DNA of 60,619 bases, counting the filler. It is 8 parts of 8 records of this genome, joined end to end, with 100 filler letters (N's around TTAATTAATTAA, not from the genome) between each part and the next. Parts side by side here need not be neighbours in the genome. Positions count along the whole stretch, not along the records: positions 6,613 to 12,611 come from SRR31147125_76954; positions 12,712 to 18,189 come from SRR31147125_77014; positions 18,290 to 26,561 come from SRR31147125_77034; 5 more parts are not named here. The stretch is one strand, 5' to 3'. Below, one piece after another: positions 9,890 through 18,876 of the stretch (position 1 is the first letter of the stretch; each line of letters begins with the position of its first letter). Both the position numbers and the translations under genes were made by a program. Under the pieces are notes generated by a model. It did no database searches, was not told the DNA's origin, and saw only the letters and a program-made list of their open reading frames with translations.

Positions 9890-12001
9890 ATGGCCGGCTG
9901 GAAAAATCGTGATGAAACTAAATTTGTAGGAAAATCTTTTACCCGTGTTGATGGCAATGAAAAAGTCACGGGAAAAGCGAAATATACCTATGATGAGCAC
10001 ATGCCAGGAATGCTCTATGGGCGAATCCTGCGCAGCCCGCATCCTCATGCTAAAATAGTAAACATTGATTCCAGTAAAGTGGAAGCTTTACCTGGTGTAA
10101 AAGCGGTTCTGACCGACATTAAAAATGAAGTCTTTTTTGCCGGAGATGATGTTGCTGCTGTGGCCGCAATCAGTGAAGAAATTGCTGAAGATGCTGTCAA
10201 TCTGTTCCAGGTAGAATACGACATTTTACCTTTTACTGTCGTTGAAGAACAGGCCAAACAAACAGATGCTCCCAAAGTCTTTAGCGATAGAGACAATAAC
10301 ATCGGTCGGAGTCGGGATCAAAGTGAAGGAAATTTACAAAGGGGCTTTCAGGATGCCGATGTTGTTCTGGAGCGTACTTATCGGTTACATGTTCAGGTTC
10401 ATTCGTGCATGGAGACACATGGCTGCATTGCCAAATGGGAAGGTGATGATCTTTATTTTTGGGATTCGACTCAGGGTGTGCATGGCTGTAGAAGTGGCCT
10501 GGCAAGACACTTTGAAATACCTGAAAACAAAGTGCATGTGACCACTAACCATATGGGTGGTGGTTTTGGCAGTAAATTTAGCCCGAAAAGCTATAACATC
10601 ATTGCAGCCAGACTGGCTAAAAAAGCCGGAGCACCCGTTAAAGTCATGCTCAATAGAGAAGAAGATCTTCTCTGCACTGGTAACAGGCCCTCATCAATCC
10701 AAAAGATAAAAATAGGTGCTAAAAGAGATGGCACCTTGACTGCCTTTCAAATGGAATCTTATGGCACCGGAGGCATTGGAGGAGGTGCAGGTGTCCCACA
10801 ACCCTATATTTACTCGTTTCCTCATTATCAGGTCAAGCATAATGACGTACATATCAATGCCGGACCTGGTGCACCTATGCGTGCACCAGGACACCCACAG
10901 GCAAACTTTGCCATGGAAAAAATAATGGACGAGCTGGCCGACAAACTCGGCATGGATCCTTTGGAACTGCGACTAAAAAACGATCCAAATGAAACACGCC
11001 AACAGGAATTTAAAATTGGTGCTGAAAAAATAGGCTGGAATAGAAGAAAGGCCTCTGGAAGCGACAAATCTATTAAAGTCCGCGGCCTGGGTGTTGGAGC
11101 CGGACGCTGGGGAGGTGGTGGCAACAAAAAAACAAAGGCTATTGTTTCTGTCTATCCGGATGGCTCAGTGGACGTTAAAATCGGTACTCAGGATATAGGT
11201 GTAGGCACTCGATCCATTGTCGCAGCTGTGGTTGCAGAAGAATTTGACCTCGAGTTAAAAGATGTTACCCCCCTCATTGGCTCCAGTGATTATCCCTGGG
11301 CGCCAAATAGCGGAGGCAGTACAACGGCACCTTCTGTATGTCCAACGGTCAAACGTGCAGCGGAAAAAGCGAAATCCATGCTTCTCGAAACAGTAGCGAA
11401 TCATCTGGAAGTGCCGGTCGGGGACGTCAAATTAGCGAACAAGGAATTTACCGTCACGAATGACCCGGATAATAAGTTATCCTGGAAAAAAGCCTGTTCA
11501 CTTCTTCAGGGACAACCCATCTCCGAACAGGAATCCTGGAGCGAAGGGCTTTCAGACAGAGGTACTGCTGGTTGTCAATTCGCCGAGGTCGAAGTGGATA
11601 CCGAAACCGGCCAGGTCAGCGTATTGAAAATGGTGGCAGTCCAGGATTGTGGTATGGTCGTGAATCAACTTACCGCAACAAACCAGGTAAATGGCGCTAT
11701 TATTGGTGAAATTGGTTACGCCCTATTCGAGAATCGTCTTCTTGATAAAGATACGGGCGTTATGGTAAATCCAAACATGGAAAATTATAAAATTCCAGGT
11801 GCTCTGGAAATGCCCGAATTTGATGTTTCCTTTTTTGACGAATCGCACCGGGGCGTCATCGGGTTGGGTGAACCGCCGGCAATACCAGGTATTGGGGCTA
11901 TCGCGAATGCGGTTGCCAACGCCATTGGAGTTCATATATATGAATTGCCAATTACCCCGGATAAAGTACTCATGGCCATTGCAACCAGAAAGGAGGGTTA
12001 A
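9890..12001 (+). CDS. Xanthine dehydrogenase family molybdopterin-binding subunit (PaoC/YagR-like)
   Basis: MGGGFGSK, MRAPGHPQ, QDIGVG, GGSTT and GLGEP (catalytic Glu) motifs. Confidence 0.93.
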   Translation: MAGWKNRDETKFVGKSFTRVDGNEKVTGKAKYTYDEHMPGMLYGRILRSPHPHAKIVNIDSSKVEALPGVKAVLTDIKNEVFFAGDDVAAVAAISEEIAEDAVNLFQVEYDILPFTVVEEQAKQTDAPKVFSDRDNNIGRSRDQSEGNLQRGFQDADVVLERTYRLHVQVHSCMETHGCIAKWEGDDLYFWDSTQGVHGCRSGLARHFEIPENKVHVTTNHMGGGFGSKFSPKSYNIIAARLAKKAGAPVKVMLNREEDLLCTGNRPSSIQKIKIGAKRDGTLTAFQMESYGTGGIGGGAGVPQPYIYSFPHYQVKHNDVHINAGPGAPMRAPGHPQANFAMEKIMDELADKLGMDPLELRLKNDPNETRQQEFKIGAEKIGWNRRKASGSDKSIKVRGLGVGAGRWGGGGNKKTKAIVSVYPDGSVDVKIGTQDIGVGTRSIVAAVVAEEFDLELKDVTPLIGSSDYPWAPNSGGSTTAPSVCPTVKRAAEKAKSMLLETVANHLEVPVGDVKLANKEFTVTNDPDNKLSWKKACSLLQGQPISEQESWSEGLSDRGTAGCQFAEVEVDTETGQVSVLKMVAVQDCGMVVNQLTATNQVNGAIIGEIGYALFENRLLDKDTGVMVNPNMENYKIPGALEMPEFDVSFFDESHRGVIGLGEPPAIPGIGAIANAVANAIGVHIYELPITPDKVLMAIATRKEG

Positions 12002-12003
12002 GA

Positions 12004-12611
12004 ATGAATAATTTTGAATATATCTATCCTAAAAACACCGAATCGATCCCGGCATTATTGTCTGATGCTGAAGATCAAACCCTCCTCTTTGCTGGCGGCA
12101 CAGATGCCATTGCAAGACTCAAAGAAGGAATCTCAAAACCTCAACAACTGGTAAACTTGAAAGCAGTTAAAGATCTCAATTATATAAAGTCAGACCCTGA
12201 CGGTTTGCACATCGGTGCGACAACCATACTTGCGGATCTAATAAACGACGATAATGCACAAAAATACAAAGGATTAATAGAGGCAGCCAACTCTATCGGT
12301 TCGCTCCAGCTCCGGAATATGGGGACAGTTGGTGGAAATCTCTGTCAAAGACCGCGATGCTGGTATTTCCGCAGCCGACATTTTCCTTGTTTGCGGAAAC
12401 AGGGTGAGCAATGTTTTGCCATCTATGGAGAAAATAAATACCATTGTTTTTTAGGTGGCAATCCATGCTTTATTGTTAACAGTTCGGATCTGGCTCCCAT
12501 GTTAATCGCCCTCAACGCTAAAGTGACTATTCTGGGACCGGATGGTCCAAAACAAATACCACTTGAAGATCTTTATGTTTTACCTGAACAGGACCCTCAC
12601 CACGAAACCAT
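12004..12611 (+). CDS. FAD-binding subunit (PaoB/YagS-like), 3'-truncated
   Basis: AGGTD and RNMGTVGGNLCQRPRCWYFR with the extra Cys cluster motif; runs into the spacer. Confidence 0.92.
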
Positions 12612-12711
12612 NNNNNNNNNNNNNNNNNNNNNNNNNNNNNNNNNNNNNNNNNNNNTTAATTAATTAANNNNNNNNNNNNNNNNNNNNNNNNNNNNNNNNN
12701 NNNNNNNNNNN
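12612..12711. other. Artificial contig spacer
   Basis: N44-TTAATTAATTAA-N44. Confidence 0.99.
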
Positions 12712-13101
12712 ATCAAAAACGTCGCAAACCGCTGTAATTTCAATGTTTAGATTTTCCTGCTCAATAAAACTTTTAAGTCTTACATTGGGATTTCCTGATG
12801 AATCAAGATTATTTTCCACCCAGTTTTTTTCTGCAAAACCCATAGAACGAAGCAATTGAACTCCTCTTACCCCTATTCCAATTACACCAACCCTAATTAA
12901 ATCAGATTTGCCCATTGGCACGGCTCTGCTTTTTGGGGAAACATCATCAACTGTAAAACCTAAGTCGCTATATAGCTTTTTTGTTTGTTCAATTTTTTCA
13001 GTGTTATAATTTTTCTTTTTAGCCCAGCCAATTCCTAATCCGCCCAAAATGGGAATAGTAGCCAAACTTTTTAAAACATCTCTTCTATTTAATTTGCCCA
13101 T
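12712..13101 (-). CDS. Gfo/Idh/MocA family oxidoreductase with Tat-like signal, 3'-truncated
   Basis: NRRDVLK; IRVGVIGIGVRG Rossmann motif; ITAVCDVF. Confidence 0.8.
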
Positions 13102-13300
13102 TATATCTTGTTTTGAAATACTTATGAAAAACTTACGAATATAATAACGAAATGTTAATTTTAAGAAAGATCAATTTTATTTTTTCTGTCTTATCACCTT
13201 TCTTATGAATCATTTATATTGATTCTACATAACACGAAAATAATACCAAAACTGTCTTTTGCTTAGATAATTTTTGAAAAAACTTTGTAGTAAAATATAT

Positions 13301-13339
13301 ATTGCATATTTTTGCATTGAAAATGAATATTTATTCAAA
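13301..13339 (+). promoter_or_regulatory. Tandem ARG boxes (ArgR operator)
   Basis: ATTGCATATTTTTGCATT (13301-13318) + 3 bp + AATGAATATTTATTCAAA (13322-13339), matching the WNTGAATWWWWATTCANW consensus and 3-bp spacing; abuts the argR start. Confidence 0.85.
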
Positions 13340-13815
13340 TGAAAAACAAAACGCAAAGGCTTTTGGCAATTAAAAGTATTTTAATGGAAACAAAGATTTC
13401 TAACCAGGAAGAGCTGATGCAAGAATTGGAATTAAAAGGTTATCAACTTACACAAGCTACACTTTCAAGAGATTTAAAATTTTTGAAAGTAAGCAAGATA
13501 GTTGATACCGAGAAAGGATATGTTTACCAGATACCTGATAGTATTAACGATAGGAATGCGCCTATTAAAGAAAAATTAATGGTAACGGGTTTTCTCTCAA
13601 TTGAATTTTCCGGGGTTTTCGCTGTAATAAAAACAGTTCCCGGTTATGCCAGCAGTATTGCATCGCGAATTGATAAAGATGATTATTTTGAAATATTGGC
13701 AACCATTGCCGGTGATGATACAATATTGGTAATTCCAAGAGAGGGAGTCAACAAAAATGATGTTTTAAATGTGCTGGCAATGATAATGCCTGAAATAAAA
13801 GATAACGAACAATAA
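13339..13815 (+). CDS. argR: Arginine repressor
   Basis: [14 protein letters not shown] winged-helix motif; [15 protein letters not shown]. Confidence 0.96.
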   Translation: MKNKTQRLLAIKSILMETKISNQEELMQELELKGYQLTQATLSRDLKFLKVSKIVDTEKGYVYQIPDSINDRNAPIKEKLMVTGFLSIEFSGVFAVIKTVPGYASSIASRIDKDDYFEILATIAGDDTILVIPREGVNKNDVLNVLAMIMPEIKDNEQ

Positions 13816-13823
13816 ATATAAAA

Positions 13824-15052
13824 ATGGACAAGCAAAAAGTAGTATTAGCTTACAGTGGTGGATTAGATACTTCGGTAATCCTTAAATGGTTAATCGATAA
13901 GGGGTATGAAGTAATTGCCTATGTTGCTGATGTTGGACAAGATGATGATTACGCCGAGGTTGAGAAAAAAGCTTTACAAATTGGTGCAAGCAAGGTGTAT
14001 ATCGAAAATTTGCAGGAAGAATTTGTGACAGATTATATTTACCCGGCAATTAAAGCAAATGCAATTTATGAAAATAGATATTTATTGGGGACTGCATTGG
14101 CCAGACCATTAATTGCAAAACGACATATTGAAATTGCTGAAAAAGAAAATGCCCAATATGTTTCTCATGGGGCTACTGGTAAAGGAAATGATCAGGTACG
14201 TTTCGAGCTATCTTTTTATGCATTAAATCCAAAAATTAAAGTACTTGCACCTTGGAAAATGCAAGAGTTCCTGGATCAGTTTAAAGGAAGAACTGATATG
14301 TTAAACTATGCTGAAGAAAAGGATATTCCTGTTAAAGCAACACTTAAAAAACCATACAGTGAAGATGATAATCTTTTGCATATTAGTCATGAAGCAGGAA
14401 TTCTAGAAGATCCAAAATATAAAGCTGATAAAGAAATATTTACAAAAATGGTACATCCAAAAGATGCACCAGATAAAGAAACAAGCATTGAGATCCATTT
14501 TAAAGATGGGACTCCGGTATTATTAAAAAATAATACAACCGGAGAAAGTTATAGTAAGCCACTCGAGTTGTTTACATATCTAAATAAAATCGGCGGTGAA
14601 AACGGTATCGGATTATTGGATATGGTAGAAAACAGATATGTGGGTATAAAATCACGAGGAGTGTATGAAACTCCTGCCGGCACAATTCTTTTATTGGCAC
14701 ATCGCGATATTGAAGGAATCGCAATGGATAGGGAAGTAATGAAAATACGAGATATGCTGTCTCCAAAATTTGGCGAACTGGTCTATAATGGATTTTGGTT
14801 TAGCCCCGAGATGGAATTCCTTTTGCCGCTATCGATAAAAGTCAAGAATTAATTGATGGCGTTGTTTATATGACATTATATAAAGGTAATGTACTTGTTG
14901 ACGGTAGAGAATCGCCAAGTTCATTATATAACAAAGAACTTTCAAGCATGGATATTGAAGGTGGATTCGATCAAAAAGACAGTGAAGGATTTATAAAAAT
15001 TAATGCAATACGACTCATGGCCCATCATGCTATCCTCAGTAAAAACAGGTAA
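13824..15052 (+). CDS. argG: Argininosuccinate synthase (frameshift at the T-run ~14821-14824)
   Basis: [33 protein letters not shown]; the shifted frame continues [22 protein letters not shown] to the stop at 15052. Confidence 0.93.
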
Positions 15053-15107
15053 TAAGGTTAATATAATAGGTTTATAATTTTCCAAGGGCTTAAATATGAA
15101 TGTCGTT

Positions 15108-15144
15108 CGGGAGTCCTTATTTACATAAGGATTCCCGTTATTTT
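15108..15144 (+). terminator. Stem-loop/terminator between argG and argH
   Basis: CGGGAGTCCTTAT-TTAC-ATAAGGATTCCCG followed by TTATTTT. Confidence 0.6.
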
Positions 15145-15159
15145 AAAGTTTATTATACA

Positions 15160-16491
15160 GTGAAACTCTGGAGCAAAAATATTGATGTAAATAAAGCAAT
15201 TGAACAATTTACTGTCGGAAAAGATCGGGAATTGGATCTATTCCTTGCAAAATTTGATGTGTTAGGTTCTTTGGCACATACTGAAATGCTCTGCAAAATA
15301 GATCTTCTGAATGAGAAAGATTTCAAAATATTAAAAAGTGAATTTTTAAATATTTTGGAAACTATTGAGAAAGGGCAATTTGTTATTGAAGACGGGATTG
15401 AAGATGTACATTCCCAGGTAGAATTTTTGCTTACACAAAAATGTGGTGATGTAGGAAAGAAAATTCACAGTGGTCGTTCCAGAAATGATCAGGTTTTACT
15501 CGATTTAAAATTATTTTTTCGCGACGAGTTAGAACAGATTGTCGGCTTATCAAAAAATCTATTCGAACTATTATTATCGCTAAGCGAAGAACATAAAAAT
15601 ATACTTGTACCGGGATATACGCATTTGCAAGCAGCAATGCCTTCATCCTTTGGGATGTGGTTTGGAGCCTATGCTGAAGGATTAAGTGATGATCTTGTAC
15701 TTTTAGAATCTGCATATAAAATTGTAAACCAAAATCCGTTGGGCTCGGCAGCAGGCTATGGAAATTCGTTCCCGCTCGATAGGGAATTAACAACCCAATT
15801 ATTGGGATTTGATAATTTGAGTGTTAACTCAATTTATGCACAAATGGGGCGTGGCAAGGTTGAAAGAACATTAGCTTTCTCGCTTGGTTCTGTTGCGGCT
15901 ACATTATCAAAGTTTGCTATGGATGTATGTTTATACGCAAACCAGGATTTTCAATTTATACAGCTGGCCGACGAATTTACAACGGGTTCAAGCATAATGC
16001 CGCACAAGAAAAATCCAGATGTATTCGAGTTAATTCGTGCAAAGTGCAATAAAATTCAGGGAGTATTTGGAGAAATTCAGATGGTAACCAACAATTTGCC
16101 TTCCGGATATTTCAGGGACATGCAAATGGTAAAAGAAATAATATTTCCTGCCATATTCGATTTAAAGCAATGCCTGAAAATATGCGCACTTGCAATTCAA
16201 AATGTTGAGGTTAATAAGGAGATTATTTATCAAGATAAATACAAATATGTTTTTAGTGTAGAGGAAGTTAATAAACTTGTCTTACAAGGAGTACCGTTTA
16301 GGGATGCCTATAAAACTGTAGGTCTCAAAATTGAAAATGGTGAATTTGAACCTAATCATGAACTAAACCATGTTCATTTGGGTAGTATCGGAAATTTGGG
16401 AAACGAGCTTATTAAACAAAAGTTTGAAACAGCATTAAACAAATTTCCATTTGCGAAGGTTAAAAAAGCGCTTGATAAATTAGTTAAGTAA
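15160..16491 (+). CDS. argH: Argininosuccinate lyase
   Basis: GTG start giving MKLWSK; EDVHSQVE, HSGRSRNDQ, PGYTHLQ, GSSIMPHKKNPD. Confidence 0.95.
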   Translation: MKLWSKNIDVNKAIEQFTVGKDRELDLFLAKFDVLGSLAHTEMLCKIDLLNEKDFKILKSEFLNILETIEKGQFVIEDGIEDVHSQVEFLLTQKCGDVGKKIHSGRSRNDQVLLDLKLFFRDELEQIVGLSKNLFELLLSLSEEHKNILVPGYTHLQAAMPSSFGMWFGAYAEGLSDDLVLLESAYKIVNQNPLGSAAGYGNSFPLDRELTTQLLGFDNLSVNSIYAQMGRGKVERTLAFSLGSVAATLSKFAMDVCLYANQDFQFIQLADEFTTGSSIMPHKKNPDVFELIRAKCNKIQGVFGEIQMVTNNLPSGYFRDMQMVKEIIFPAIFDLKQCLKICALAIQNVEVNKEIIYQDKYKYVFSVEEVNKLVLQGVPFRDAYKTVGLKIENGEFEPNHELNHVHLGSIGNLGNELIKQKFETALNKFPFAKVKKALDKLVK

Positions 16492-16497
16492 GGTTTT

Positions 16498-17169
16498 GTG
16501 AAAGAGAATTTTAAAATAGTTGTCAAAATAGAAATACAATCGCTATTAAATAATAATGGTGATTTTGATATCAGTAAAATGGAAAGGCTTGCTATGGTTC
16601 TTGCAAATTTACAGAACAGTAGTAAGAGCTTACTGGTTGTGTCATCAGGAGCGATTGCTTTGGGCACAAAAAAGCTGGGATTAAGCAAAACGCCTACTTC
16701 TTTTACTGATAAGCAGGCAATCTCTGCAGTTGGTCAAGCTGAATTAATTAAAATGTATCAACGCTATTTTGGTGAATATAATCAGATTGTAGCGCAGGTA
16801 CTTCTAACAAAAGATGTTGTAAATTATTCTGATAGATTTGAAAACGCAAGAAATACGCTCAATGAACTATTGGGGATGAATATTATCCCTGTTATAAATG
16901 AAAACGATGTTGTTTCAGTTGATGACATAATACTTGAAGATAACTATTCCTTAGCATTAGAAGTTTCCCAACTTGTTGATGCACAAATGATACTTATAAA
17001 ATGTGAAAAAAATGGTCAGTTTTTGGTACTTGGCAGAGGTGAGAATGAGTATCATTTAGTATCGGAGGATGAATTGTTTGATAAGATTGAAGAAAAAAAG
17101 GTAGACTATTTTTCAAATAAAGAGGGAGAAGATTTCCCAAATGATTATAAAAAATTAATTGTTTGTTAA
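16498..17169 (+). CDS. Degenerate, shortened glutamate 5-kinase paralog
   Basis: Keeps VSSGAIALG, AVGQAELI and PVINENDVV; has KIEIQS for KIGTS and EDNYSLA for GDNDxLS; lacks GTGGM. Confidence 0.75.
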   Translation: MKENFKIVVKIEIQSLLNNNGDFDISKMERLAMVLANLQNSSKSLLVVSSGAIALGTKKLGLSKTPTSFTDKQAISAVGQAELIKMYQRYFGEYNQIVAQVLLTKDVVNYSDRFENARNTLNELLGMNIIPVINENDVVSVDDIILEDNYSLALEVSQLVDAQMILIKCEKNGQFLVLGRGENEYHLVSEDELFDKIEEKKVDYFSNKEGEDFPNDYKKLIVC

Positions 17170-17990
17170 TGGGAAATGAGTTGAAACATAGGGAAGAACT
17201 TAAAACAAAGTCTAAGGTTGTAATAAAAATTGGCACTTCAACTTTATCTTTTGCAAGTGGAAGATTGAACCTCCAAAGAATTGAGCAACTCGTTGAACAT
17301 CTGTGTGCATTAAGAAAATCTGGAAAGAAAGTTGTTCTAGTAAGTTCAGGGGCAATTGGTGTAGGAGCCGGCAGGTTAGGAATGACTGAAAAGCCAAAGG
17401 AATTGAGTGCGAAACAAGCTTTGGCAGCAGTCGGACAAGCTGAGCTGATAAAAATATATCAACGATTTTTTGAACGGCATGATCAAAAAGTCGCTCAGGT
17501 ACTACTCACAAAAGATGTAATGACAGATGAAATTAAAAATACGAATGCAAAGAATACAATAAATAAGCTTCTCGATATGGGAATAATTCCCATAATAAAT
17601 GAGAATGACACTATTTCAACAGACGAAATTTTATTTGGGGATAATGATACACTCTCCGCGAATGTTGCAACGCTCATACATGCCGATCTGTTAATTATGT
17701 TATCAGATATTGATGGATTATTTTCTGAAAACCCGAAAATTAATCCAAATGCAGAAAAAATTTCTTTTGTTGATAACATTACACCGGAAATAGAAAATCT
17801 ATCAAAAGATACAGATTCATCTTTCGGAACGGGTGGGATGGTAACAAAGATTTGGGCAGCTAAAATTTGTTTCGAATCAGGTATTAGTTCAATAATTACA
17901 AATGGTAAAGATCCGAAAGTAATGTTTCAAATATTAAACGGAGAGAATATTGGAACGTTGTTTTCAGCACATCATAAAATATTATCATAA
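17169..17990 (+). CDS. proB: Glutamate 5-kinase (no PUA domain)
   Basis: KIGTS, VSSGAI, NENDT, FGDNDTLSA, GTGGMVTK; TAATG overlap with the upstream paralog. Confidence 0.93.
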   Translation: MGNELKHREELKTKSKVVIKIGTSTLSFASGRLNLQRIEQLVEHLCALRKSGKKVVLVSSGAIGVGAGRLGMTEKPKELSAKQALAAVGQAELIKIYQRFFERHDQKVAQVLLTKDVMTDEIKNTNAKNTINKLLDMGIIPIINENDTISTDEILFGDNDTLSANVATLIHADLLIMLSDIDGLFSENPKINPNAEKISFVDNITPEIENLSKDTDSSFGTGGMVTKIWAAKICFESGISSIITNGKDPKVMFQILNGENIGTLFSAHHKILS

Positions 17991-17992
17991 CC

Positions 17993-18189
17993 ATGGAAGA
18001 ATTAAACATTAAAGGAAAATTAGCCAAAGATGCCAGTCGATTTTTGGTAAAAGCTTCAACGCAGCAGAAAAATAATGTTTTGCTTACGTCTGCTGATTTT
18101 CTTGTGAAACGAAAAGCAGAAATTCTGGCAGCCAATAAAAACGATATGGATAGCGCCGAAGAGAATGGCGTTAAAGGTTCTTTGCTTGA
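17993..18189 (+). CDS. proA: Gamma-glutamyl phosphate reductase, 3'-truncated
   Basis: GKLAKDAS...KNNVL...ILAANKNDM N-terminus; follows proB. Confidence 0.82.
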
Positions 18190-18289
18190 NNNNNNNNNNN
18201 NNNNNNNNNNNNNNNNNNNNNNNNNNNNNNNNNTTAATTAATTAANNNNNNNNNNNNNNNNNNNNNNNNNNNNNNNNNNNNNNNNNNNN
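18190..18289. other. Artificial contig spacer
   Basis: N44-TTAATTAATTAA-N44. Confidence 0.99.
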
Positions 18290-18305
18290 AACATTATCAA
18301 CTTGA

Positions 18306-18707
18306 CATGACACTAGGTATTTTGGCACTTTATTTACTGATTTACGATCGAAAATATTTGTAGAATGTCATCAATTATTACCTTATTACACTGCATCATA
18401 TACACTATTTCAACTTGAAGAGCTTTTCAGGAAAAGAATTGTCGATAAAAAGTATAAAAAAATAAAGTTTTTCATACTAATGATGATCAGATATGAAATT
18501 GATAATTCAAAAGTTCCGTTTTTTAATAGCAGGAAGATAGAAAAATATTGTGAAAATATATTAAGCATCGTTAATACAGAAAGCTTTTTCCATGAAGTAG
18601 TAAGTAATGTAATTCAAAAGATTGATAGTTTGAAGATTGATCTTGATGATAAAGAAATTTCAAAATCCAAAATACTGGTAAAGAGGTGTATTCAAAAATA
18701 TAATTGA
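18306..18707 (+). CDS. C-terminal fragment of an AIPR-like (abortive infection phage resistance) protein
   Basis: Frame upstream of the listed ORF reads HDTRYFGTL...KIF..CHQLLPYYTASYTLFQLEELFR....DKKYKKIKFFILMMIR, resembling AIPR C-terminal regions; in-frame TGA at 18303 near the contig edge. Confidence 0.5.
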   Translation, partial: HDTRYFGTLFTDLRSKIFVECHQLLPYYTASYTLFQLEELFRKRIVDKKYKKIKFFILMMIRYEIDNSKVPFFNSRKIEKYCENILSIVNTESFFHEVVSNVIQKIDSLKIDLDDKEISKSKILVKRCIQKYN

Positions 18708-18807
18708 TATAGTTAAACGATTATGAAATTAGACATTTGCTTATTGCTTTGCAGTACAATCAACAATAGAGATGAACGGTTGTTTTAAATTAGAATGTTT
18801 CTAATAT

Positions 18808-18845
18808 GAAAACAGCCAGGCAATCCCAAACCTGGCTGTTTCTTT
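18808..18845. terminator. Bidirectional terminator between convergent genes
   Basis: AACAGCCAGG...CCTGGCTGTT inverted repeat with A/T-rich flanks. Confidence 0.7.
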
Positions 18846-18876
18846 ATCTATTACTGATGTGGTATATCATTCCAAT

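Noticed and set aside
15100-15159. N-terminal extension of ArgH from ATG 15100
   Set aside because: It runs through the intergenic hairpin; the family N-terminus MKLW starts at GTG 15160.
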